Source: Lobosporangium transversale
Taxonomy: Eukaryota
Direction: 5' to 3'
Length of the DNA: 54,323 bases
Assembly: GCF_002105155.1 (NCBI RefSeq)
Contig: NW_019029016.1
Span: forward strand, 372,001 to 426,323
This document shows positions 45,497 to 54,323 of this stretch, in pieces. Position 1 is the stretch's first letter. The number at the start of each line of letters is the position of its first letter. The notes under the pieces are model-generated. The model was not told where the DNA came from and made no database searches. It worked only from the letters and a program-made list of their open reading frames with translations. Made by a program: the position numbers and the translations under genes.

Positions 45497-45991
45497 ATGT
45501 CTTCCAACAATGTTTCCCATAGTTCCCCTGCCAGTTCTCCCGTGGAACTTCACTACTCTTTCACCAGTGGTGGAGAAAATAGTTTTGAGCATGATGATAG
45601 AGATCCGGCCTTCGTTCAAGCTGATCGTCATGCACTTTGGAGAGAGAGAGGAGATCCACGTTATCGTGATCGTTCTCCTTCTTTGGAAATTGGTGGATCT
45701 GTTCCACCCAAGTTATCCGTTGGGACTTCGCTCGGTGTACGAAAGCGAAGTGATGATGATGATGGGGAGTCAGAGTGTGCGCAACATCATCAGCGCCGTA
45801 AAGTTTTGGAGGATGTGGACATGATGGTAATAGACATCATAAATCTTTACAAGATGGTGCGCGAGCAAGGGGAGATAATTGCAGATCTGACCAAGCAAGT
45901 GGAGGATTTGAAAAAGCAAGTAGGGCGTTCAAAGAAATATAATCTGCGTCCTACTCCCAGTAGAAATAGCAACCGCAAAGGAAAGAAATAA
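45497..45991 (+). CDS. Antisense accessory ORF (164 aa) inside the Gypsy 5' region: coiled coil plus YNLRP basic tail
   Basis: ATG-initiated, higher GC than the flanks, heptad-like VREQGEIIADLTKQVEDLKKQV, C-terminus KKYNLRPTPSRNSNRKGKK. Confidence 0.65.
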   Translation: MSSNNVSHSSPASSPVELHYSFTSGGENSFEHDDRDPAFVQADRHALWRERGDPRYRDRSPSLEIGGSVPPKLSVGTSLGVRKRSDDDDGESECAQHHQRRKVLEDVDMMVIDIINLYKMVREQGEIIADLTKQVEDLKKQVGRSKKYNLRPTPSRNSNRKGKK

Positions 45992-46027
45992 AGCTTTGCG
46001 ATTGTTGATTTGTATATGTGTGTGTGT

Positions 46028-46061
<34 letters not shown>

Positions 46062-46587
46062 ATATAGGATGAGAGGTTAATTCATTCAAAAAAATGAGGA
46101 GTATGGGTGATCAATATGAATAATATGGATTGAAAAATGAATGAGAAACGTTCATCCCTTTATTGATCACCTCCTACTGATATAAATAGGGTGAAGGACA
46201 ATCTCTAATTGACAACTAATAATTAATAAATGAAATTACTACTTACATGTGACTGATATGTCACACTCTTGCCACCCACAGATTCTTGCTTACCCATGGA
46301 TGAGTGAATGCTCCAAGCTGTTGCTTATTTATGTTTTGTTCATTTATGATGCTCCAAAAGTTGTCACATAATTTCGCAGTCACCTAATTTTTCTACCTGC
46401 TTTAATATATAGATAAAAATAAATGTAATAGTGGCAAAAGTAGAGAACAGTGGATAAACGTGAATTATATGTAGTCCCTTCGGAAATAAACCGATATTCT
46501 CCTCACCTAATGCAATATCAAAAATAAAGATAAGCATTTTAGCATTGGCGGGTATGCAAGCGAAAATGCTAGAATTTAATTGTTACA

Positions 46588-47610
46588 CTAGATTGTTCCT
46601 CGCAGAAGAACTACGTAATGTAAATTATCATTCCCATAGTTTTAGATAGGCTTTCTAGCATTACTTTTGTAGTGTAGGAGGCACTCTTTTATGATCATTA
46701 CTTGGCTATTTAGCTACCTCTATTATAGACAATGCATCAGTATGGTACGTAGGTCCCTTGTCCTCTTTTTGTGAGGGAGATTGTGGGATTGAAAGAGAGC
46801 GAACAGTTGTTCATGTGGAGGTATGCGGGACGGCTGCTGGAGATCAACTCGGTGGAGTGAGTGCCGTTAGACCAAGGACTTGAGCTTGGCTATCCTTAGA
46901 ATAGGACAAACACATCCTTGCTGCAAGAGCAACCTACGTCAAGCAAGCACTACATCGAAGTTCAGCTGCAGTCTTAAACCTTTCTACCTCATTTTTCCTT
47001 TCTTCCCCTTTTTCCATCTCCTATTCAAGCAATGCAAGCAGGGCAGAGCCGATTGGCCTATAAGCCCAGTCATATTCCTTCACCTGTTCTCCTCCTTGTA
47101 AGCTCTCTTCAAACCTCCGTCTCACCGGACTTGCCATGCTTTGATGACCCATTTGGCAGGTGGCGAAGGTCTGACAGATGAACGTATGGAACATATCTTT
47201 TTTTTTTTCTTTTCAAATGAAGAGTGAAAGATATGTGAAGGTAAAGTGTGTGAAAGCAAGGAATGTGATAGAAGAAGGTGTAGAGTGGTAAAGTACGCTA
47301 AGAGTTCAGGCCCATAATATGTATATACTCTCGCATCGTATATTGTTGACATGACCTTTAATAGTGTGTATGGTATACCGTACTCAGAGTAGAGGTCAAA
47401 TTTTTTTGAGCAAAAATTTTTTGGTGTCGACATTTGCAATGAAGAGAGCACTACCCTTTATTTTCTCTTTTCATTTAAAAATAAGATACCTCTTTATTTC
47501 CACCCAGGGAGCCATATTGGGGCCAAAGCCACTCTCTGTAGCAGTCACTTTGCCTTCATGGCAGTCACATTTCGGCACGTGCAGACACCCTTTCGTTTTA
47601 ATATATAGGA
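46588..47610 (-). mobile_element. ~1-kb non-autonomous Helitron
   Basis: 5' A|TCCTATATATTAAAAC at 47610. 3' weak hairpin GTTCTTC-TGC-GAGGAAC then CTAG|T at 46588. Confidence 0.6.
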
Positions 47611-47622
47611 TATTATATTTTA

Positions 47623-48584
47623 CAGCGTTTTTAATTGTTTTATCCGGGTGAATCTATTTGACAACCCGGGTTGTCAATCTTATTTGACAACCCCCCCTAA
47701 TTTAGCAGTCACACCGGCTTATTTGGCAACCCAGGTCTTCAATTTTCACTTTTTTGTTATTTGACAACCCGGGTTGTCAAAAAAAGAAGAAAAATTGTCT
47801 TTTTCAACCTGTCACATGACAAGTCTTCACCCTCTTGTACTTATGGAGGGCCTTTCTCAGCTGGATTTCTAAAATGGTGGCAACACTCCATTATCATGAC
47901 TGTGGTTATAGCTTCTTCTGTCTCTCTTTTTTTTCCTTTCCGCGTCTTACGCATGCGCCATCAAGCGTCGCATAACCACTCCGAATTTATGCATGCTTAT
48001 ATATCCAAAAAAAACCCCTTAGTGCATGTTACCCGTATAGGCACATTTTCTATAAAATCAAACCCTTGTTTTAGAAATCAGTTGTAATAAAAAAACAACA
48101 CCTCGTAACCAAAAAAAAAAGTTTGTTATTTGATGGAAGCTTTTAGATTGCTGGAGGGATTTCGTGTTGCTGAGGGATAGCAATAGAAACGATTTTCACA
48201 TAATAATCTTGCCAATAAAAAAAGGGTTGTCAAATAATAGTGAGCTTGGGGTTGTCAAATTAGATATTTTACTATTCGGCAACCCGGGTTGTCACGCAAA
48301 GAAAAAAAATTGAGAAAATAATTAAGGGGGGGGTTGTCAAATAGATTAATTCCGAAAATAATGTCCTTCATTCCAAACGTGATAACCGAATTGATTATCA
48401 CAATTATCCAAACATCGTGGCTTTATTAACAACATTGATGACCAATTTGAGTGACCTGACATACATATTATCCTATCCATTAGCGTTTCTTTCTTTTTTT
48501 TTTTTTTTTTTTTTTTTCACCATAACTGTACTATTATAGGCCTATAGATTGATCTCTCTGTTGAGACACCTTGGAAAAAAGGTA
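47623..48584 (-). mobile_element. Inverted 3' fragment of the 16475-24021 transposon family, interrupted by a palindrome-rich MITE
   Basis: TA|CAGCGTTTTTAATTGTTTTATCC at 47623. 48370-48584 is the reverse complement of ~18895-19069. Confidence 0.75.
47646..48353. mobile_element. Non-coding MITE with repeated TTGACAACCC motifs
   Basis: 17-bp IR AATCTATTTGACAACCC (47651-47667) and GGGTTGTCAAATAGATT (48331-48347). A related right end occurs at ~24735-24796. No TSD seen. Confidence 0.65.
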
Positions 48585-50186
48585 TGGTGCATTTCAGTAC
48601 TAATGCAATAAATTGCACTTTTGGACATTCATTCCTCATTCTCCTTTTTCTTTCTAATGATCTTCCATGTCATCGCTGTTTCTCATTCGTATTTGTCTCA
48701 CCTCCATGGACTGTCATCACCATCCTCATCAATGACGCAATTAGCATTTAATCGCAATTTGTATAGTCATGTCTCATTGCATCAGTTGCAGAAAAAAGTA
48801 CATGTCAGGTTTGTCCATCCCTTACTTCTCACTTTTTCTTTATTCTTTCTCTATAGCGCTATCACCGCTGATACACCAGGCGACACTCTACATATCTGTC
48901 ATATCTTTATTAAAACATGAGGTCACTGTCCAAATCAATTGTCCAAAATGCAACTGCTCAGCTTCTTCAGGGAAAGTCATGCTGGGAAGTGGCAAGGAGC
49001 TTTGGGATATCCGTTACCTCAGTTCAAAGGATTAGGAAAAGAAGTAAAGAAGATATTCCAAAGTTGAAAGGGGGCCAACCTTGCAAAGTCACCAAGGAAA
49101 CAAAACGGCTCTTATCGAGATATTTCGACATGGGTGTATTGGAGACTCTCGAAAATGGCCAGCAACTAGTCCAATCGAGGGATGGAGTGCAGGTTTCTAA
49201 AACGAGCATCTGGAGGTACCTCATGGAGGATGATATGAAGGCATATGTTAAACAGAAGCAGCCTGATCTGAAGAAGGAACATATCCTTGCTCGATATAAT
49301 TTTGCAAAGGATCACTTGAACTGGACTATAGACGACTGGAAGAATGTCATGTTCTCAGATGAGACCATATTCAGCAGGGTTAGGTCCTGTGGAAGAAAGT
49401 TCTATTACAAACATCGAGGAGACAAAACTCTACGAGCACATCATATCAAAAAGACAAGGCAAGGCGGTGGAGGCAAAATGATGTTCTGGGGTTGTATCAC
49501 ATACTACGGACCAGGCGATGGCTGTTGGCTCCCAGGAAAGGTTGATTCGGTAACCTACGTCGATGTCCTCAAGGATTATATTTTTAAATCCCGGGATTAC
49601 TATTCAATGGATAAGCACAAATTCATATATCAGCAAGACAATGCTAGGATCCATACTGCAAAAATTGCAATGGACTATATCAAAAAGTCTAAGATAGCTC
49701 TCATGGAATGGCCAGCAAACTCTCCTGACATCAACCTAACAGAAAAAGTATGGGCATATATGAAGATGAAGTTGGATCAATATCCAGACAAGCCAAAGAA
49801 TATGGAGGCCCTTTGGGATCGGGTTCAAGACGTATGGGCACAAATCCCTCCTGAATTCTTGGAACAGCTATATTGTGACATGCCAAAGAGGATGAGGGAG
49901 TTATATAAGGCAAAAGGAGGAAACATCATTAAGACAGAAGAGAAGTAACCGAAATAAAGAGAACAGGAAGTTAAAAATTAACTTAACAGATGCAATAAGG
50001 TATTGAAAGCAAATTGCGATTAAATGCTAATTGCGACATTGATGAGGATGGTGATGACAGTCCATGGAGGTGAGACAAATACGAATGAGAAACAGCGATG
50101 ACATGGAAGATCATTAGAAAGAAAAAGGAGAATGAGGAATGAATGTCCAAAAGTGCAATTTATTGCATTAGTACTGAAATGCACCA
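48585..50186 (+). mobile_element. Young Tc1 element with 177-bp TIRs
   Basis: TA-flanked. TIRs 48585-48761 and 50010-50186 differ at one position by my reading. Confidence 0.93.
48917..49948 (+). CDS. Tc1 transposase (343 aa, open frame)
   Basis: FSDET, QQDNA and SPDINLTE (D-34-E; NPIE consensus altered to NLTE). Confidence 0.92.
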   Translation: MRSLSKSIVQNATAQLLQGKSCWEVARSFGISVTSVQRIRKRSKEDIPKLKGGQPCKVTKETKRLLSRYFDMGVLETLENGQQLVQSRDGVQVSKTSIWRYLMEDDMKAYVKQKQPDLKKEHILARYNFAKDHLNWTIDDWKNVMFSDETIFSRVRSCGRKFYYKHRGDKTLRAHHIKKTRQGGGGKMMFWGCITYYGPGDGCWLPGKVDSVTYVDVLKDYIFKSRDYYSMDKHKFIYQQDNARIHTAKIAMDYIKKSKIALMEWPANSPDINLTEKVWAYMKMKLDQYPDKPKNMEALWDRVQDVWAQIPPEFLEQLYCDMPKRMRELYKAKGGNIIKTEEK

Positions 50187-50273
50187 TAGCAAATCAACTA
50201 AAACTTTTTACAATACAACTCTGAACCAGGGCTATGAACTAAATCGCTCATACCACTTCGCAATTCAAACCAC

Positions 50274-50484
50274 CACTCTCCTATTCGAACCATTCGAACC
50301 ATTCGACACTCGAACCATTCGAACCATTCGAACCAGTCGACACTCGAACCATTCGAACCAGTCGACACTCGAACCATTCGAACCAGTCGACACTCGAACC
50401 ATTCGAACCATTAGACACTCGAACTATTCGAATAATTCGCGTCATTCGAACCATTCGAACCATTCGAATCGAATAGGAGCACTG
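50274..50484. mobile_element. hAT-family MITE filled with TTCGAACCA-type tandem repeats
   Basis: Ends CTCCTATTCGAAC ... CGAATAGGAGCACTG as in 482-579. The interior is a 9-bp/10-bp repeat array. Confidence 0.75.
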
Positions 50485-50725
50485 GTAGAGAGGGCCTGAT
50501 TAAAAGCAGTAGCTATGGCTTCGCTAATGTTCAGAGGAAGATCGATGGACGAAAGAGCGTTATTCAAGTGTTCCATGGCGAGGGTGAAATTGAATGGTAA
50601 TTGTAGTTCTCTGGGTGTGGTCGTGGCTTCCTTTGATACCAATGCAAAAGTCAAGGTTGTGTTCTAGGGGAATCTAAGGGTACAAAAAAGGTGTCGTTAT
50701 TCAGGGGAATTGCGCTAGGGAACTA

Positions 50726-52318
50726 TGGTGCGTGCCAAAACTGATGCATTTTTTAACATTCATTCCTCATTCTCCTTTTCCTTTCTAATGATCTTCCCTA
50801 CCATCACCGCTTCTCATTCTCATTTGTCTCACCTTCGTAGACTGTCATCGCTGTTCTCATCAATGACGCAATTAGCGAATAATCGCCATTTGTATAGTCA
50901 TGTCTCATTGCATCAGTTTTGGTAAAAAGTACATGTCAGGTTTGTCCATCCCTTACTTCTTTCTTATTCTTTATTCTTTCTTTATAGCACCATCACCACT
51001 GATACACCAAGCGACACTCTACATATCTGCCATATCTTTATCATAACATGAAATCATTATCCAAATCAACTATCCAAAATGCAACTGCTCTACTTCATTA
51101 GGGAAAGTCTTCCAGAGAAGTGTCAAAGAGTTTAGGGATATCTGTTGCCTCAGCTCAAAGGATTAGGAAAAGAGGCAAAGAAAGTATTCCAGTGCTGAGA
51201 GGGGGCCGACCCTGCAAAGTTACTAAGAAAACGAAACAGCTTTTATCAAGATTTTTTGACATGGGTGTATTGGAGACCCTAAAAGATGGCCAACAACTTG
51301 TTCAATTGAGGGAAGGAGTGCAGGTTAGTAAATCGAGCATCAGGAGGTTCCTTATGCAGGATGATATGGGGGCATATGTAAAACAGAAGCAGCCTGATCT
51401 GACGAAGAAGCAAATCTATGCTCGATATAATTTTGCAAAGGATCACTTGGACTGGACTCTAGAAGACTGGAAGAACGTCATGTTCTCAGATGAGACCATC
51501 TTTAGCAGAGTTGGGTCCTGCGGAAGAAAGTACTACTACAAGCATCGATGGGATAAAACTCTACGAGCACATCATATCAAAAAGACAAGGCAAGGTGGCG
51601 GAGGGAAAATGATGTTCTGGGGTTGTATAACTTACTACGGACCAGGCGATGGCTGCTGGCTCCAAGAGAAGGTGGATTCGGTAACATACGTCGACGTTCT
51701 CAAGGATTATATCTTTAAGTCCAGGGATTACTACTTGATGGATAAGGACAAATTTATATTTCAGCAGGACAATGCTAGGATTCATACCGGAAGAATAGCA
51801 ATGACCTATATCCAAAAGTCTAAGATACCTCTCATGGAATGGCCAGCAAACTCTCCTGACATCAACCCAATAGAAAACATATGGGTATACATGAAGGTGC
51901 AGTTGGATCATTATCCAGACAAGGCAAAGAATATGGAGGATCTCTGGGAGAGAGTCCAAGACGTATGGACACATATCCCTCCTGAATTCTTACACAAACT
52001 ATACTGCGGTATGCCGAAGAGGATGAGGGAGTTATATAAGGCTAAAGGAGGGAACATCGTTAGGGGAAAGGAGAAGTAACAGGAATAAATAAAAACAAGA
52101 AGTTGTTAATTGCCATAATAGATGCAATGAGATGCTGAAAGCAAATTGCAATTAAATGCTAATTAGGCCACTGATGGCGATGACGATGAGACTCCATGGA
52201 GGTGAGACAAATGAGAATGAGAAACGGTGGTGGCAGGGAAGATCATAAAGAGGAAGAAGGAGAATGAGGAATGAATGTTGAAAAATGCAATTTATTGCAT
52301 CAGTTTTGGCACGCACTA
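50726..52318 (+). mobile_element. Older Tc1 element, paralog of 48585-50186; transposase 51048-52079 with a nonsense codon
   Basis: TA-flanked, diverged long TIRs. FSDET, QQDNA and SPDINPIE motifs. TAG at 51099-51101. Confidence 0.9.
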
Positions 52319-52548
52319 TAGATAGAAGAGTGGGCCTATTTATACTAGCTAATGTCCTGCTGCAAGGAATGCTTTAGAAAATTAGGTGAAATACTATGTT
52401 GTACAAAATTATTATAGTAATTTCGCTTGCAAATATAGCCCCTAAGCTTTCCTTGACCCCTGTTCCTGTTCCTATATTTCCTATTCCCTTACCTATACAG
52501 TCTGGAAAAGGTCATTCTGCCTTGCCCTAAGCCTAGGTTCTCGACAAT

Positions 52549-52800
52549 GGCTCACATAAGAATAAAGATCAATGTTCACCGAATAGGCACCTGTAAAACT
52601 GAATCAATGACTTCAATGAACAGAAAGTCATTAGCTTTCCAAATGGGAGAAGCCAAGGTCACAACGCATAACTCTGACGGAGCAGAAGACGGGAGCTTTT
52701 ATAAAGCAATGTATGAGTGTTATATGCATTTACGGTTTCTAGGAATGAAACAAAAGAAATGTACAGCGGAATGAATCATTGATTCAGCGTGCATATTAGG
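52549..52800 (+). mobile_element. Solo diverged right end of the 37984-39614 Tc1 family
   Basis: Colinear with 39361-39614 (GGCTCACA..AATAAAGATC, AAGTCATTAGCT, AGAAGACGGGAGCTTT). Confidence 0.75.
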
Positions 52801-53265
52801 GTAAGATAGCCTGTCTTTTAAGCGCTACCTAAGTCTGATTAAGTTACTTAGACTTTTACAATTTTACCGCTACAAGGTAGTCCTAGCTCTAATAAGTTGT
52901 TGAAGACGCCCATAAATAGTTACCCTAAGTCGGAAAAGCTTGTCTGAGTTCTAATAAAATACTCCAAGCAGAACTTGAAAAAGATTTCTTAAGTGGAATA
53001 AGTTAGATTGAGTGCCAATTAGGTACCTAGGGGGATACAGTGGCTTCCAATATTGTCCAAGTGTTTCATTCTTCCAAGGGAAAACTGTAAGTGTTCAAAA
53101 GTGAGCAGCGCTTGTCCCCTTGGATCCTAGATGGGAGCAACCTGGAAGACATATTTTATTTGCTCAAAACCTATTAGCGCTCCTGCTTGTTTCTGATAGC
53201 TTTTCATTACTTTGAAATTTTCCTCTCATTTGGACAATTTTTTAACCATCGTTTTTTTTCACCTA

Positions 53266-54323
53266 CAGTGGTCATCAAAAGTCATTCAATGATTTTGAAT
53301 TTTTAACATTCTCATTCCTTTTCTTCATTCTCATCTAGCATGTGGCTAGTATATTTGGGGTAGTGCATTTGTTCCCCACACCTCATGATTACTTTCATGT
53401 CTCATTCCCAATTATGACTTCATTGTGAAATAAAACCAATTTCAATTTGACCTGCCTATTGAATGACTTCTGCTGAATTTCAATGTTGATTGCAAAAAAA
53501 ACTTTTTCACTTCTCTTTTTTCTACCAAGGTTACCTTCAGCTATATCTTCTTACACCTCTACTTACAATTAACATTCCACATCGTTTAGTATTTATTATG
53601 AGGACGCTTTCTATGGAAAAGGTACACAATGCTCAGGCCTTACTTCGACAAGGGAAGTCTACAAGCGAAGTGGCAAGGAAACTTGGTATCTCTATTCCAT
53701 CGGCAATAAGGATCAGGAGGGACGTCAAGGACAATATTCCTAAACCCAGAATGGGCAGACCCTCATTGGTTTCCCCTGCTACCAAGAGGGCAATTGCACG
53801 CGAGGTTGATACGGGGAAACTTAGATCCATTCTGGCAGTTCAAGAATACATCAGATCGAGTCATGGAGTGCATGTCAGTGTAGAGACTGCCCGACGCTAT
53901 GTAAAATCAGAGGGTTTGAAAAACTATGTCCGCCCATTCAAGCCTAGGCTGACAAAAATGCAGATTGCGAAAAGGAAGAATTTTGCCCTCAACCACCTTG
54001 ACTGGACTGTTGATGACTGGAAGCGAGTGATGTTCTCGGACGAAAAGCTTTTTGAAAGGCTAGGGTCCTTAGGAGGAAGAACACAATATAGGCGACCCGG
54101 CCACAGGACTTTAGAAGATCGAGATGTTAGAGAGAGATCAAGGGGAGCACATAACAAACTTATGTGGTGGGGCTGTATCACTTATCATGGTGTAGGCGAT
54201 GGTTGCAGGATCCCTGTCACAGTTGATTCCTCTTCATATGTTGATGTTCTACAAGATTATGTCCTCGGCTCGTGGAAGTGGTATGGCCAGGACCCTGAAA
54301 AGTTAATTTTTCAGCAGGACAAT
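53266..54323 (+). mobile_element. Tc1 element running off the window end; transposase from ATG 53598
   Basis: TA|CAGTGG start. The frame MRTLSMEK...GRP...MFSDE...WWGCI...QQDN is open to the window edge. Confidence 0.88.

Larger units (their letters stand above)
39615..46265 (-). mobile_element. Ty3/Gypsy chromovirus; 3' LTR truncated after 9 bp
   Basis: PPT GGAGAGGGGGTGA (minus strand, ~39624-39636) followed by TGTGACATA. The same TGTGACATA starts the putative 5' LTR at 46265. Confidence 0.8.
32850..46413 (-). mobile_element. Composite Helitron (RepHel) with nested Gypsy and Tc1 insertions
   Basis: 5' A|TCTATATATTAAAGC at 46413. 3' hairpin CCGTGGCGAAGCCACGG then CTCG|T at 32850. The two ends may come from different copies joined by deletion. 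Confidence 0.7.

Noticed and set aside
45300..46250. Inner boundary of the Gypsy 5' LTR and a tRNA PBS
   Set aside because: The second LTR is missing for comparison and no convincing tRNA-complementary PBS was found, so the boundary is left uncalled.
50274..50484. Possible CRISPR-like array
   Set aside because: Short 9-10-bp tandem units with no unique spacers, bounded by hAT-type TIRs in a eukaryotic context.
53038..53251. Possible small Tc1-type MITE (TA|CAGTGG...TTGGACAAT)
   Set aside because: TIRs are too degenerate and there is no right-hand TA.

Overview
Eukaryotic, intron-containing, AT-rich DNA from a transposon-dense region. It is most likely an early-diverging fungus (Mucoromycota/Mortierellaceae-like; inferred from gene and TE types, not proven). 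Most of the window is nested mobile DNA: a structurally complete DIRS1-like tyrosine-recombinase retrotransposon (28078-32323); a Ty3/Gypsy chromovirus with an intact gag-pol and an antisense ORF in its 5' region; several Helitrons; four Tc1 (DD34E-type) elements; an intron-containing IS630/Tc1-like family; piggyBac and Gypsy remnants; hAT-type MITEs; and a decayed LSU rRNA fragment. Non-TE or accessory genes are an intronless GST (7959-8798), a disrupted three-exon membrane protein (10029-11575), a small secreted beta/gamma-crystallin-like protein (27202-27633) and a spliced gene joining a GCM-like zinc DNA-binding domain to a USP-like cysteine-protease domain (4072-5842). The best novelty candidates are the GCM-protease fusion, the Gypsy antisense ORF ending in a foamy-virus-like YNLRP motif, a Helitron family ending in CTCR rather than CTRR, and Tc1-bridged deletions. 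All domain calls are by-eye motif recognition; no database searches were run.
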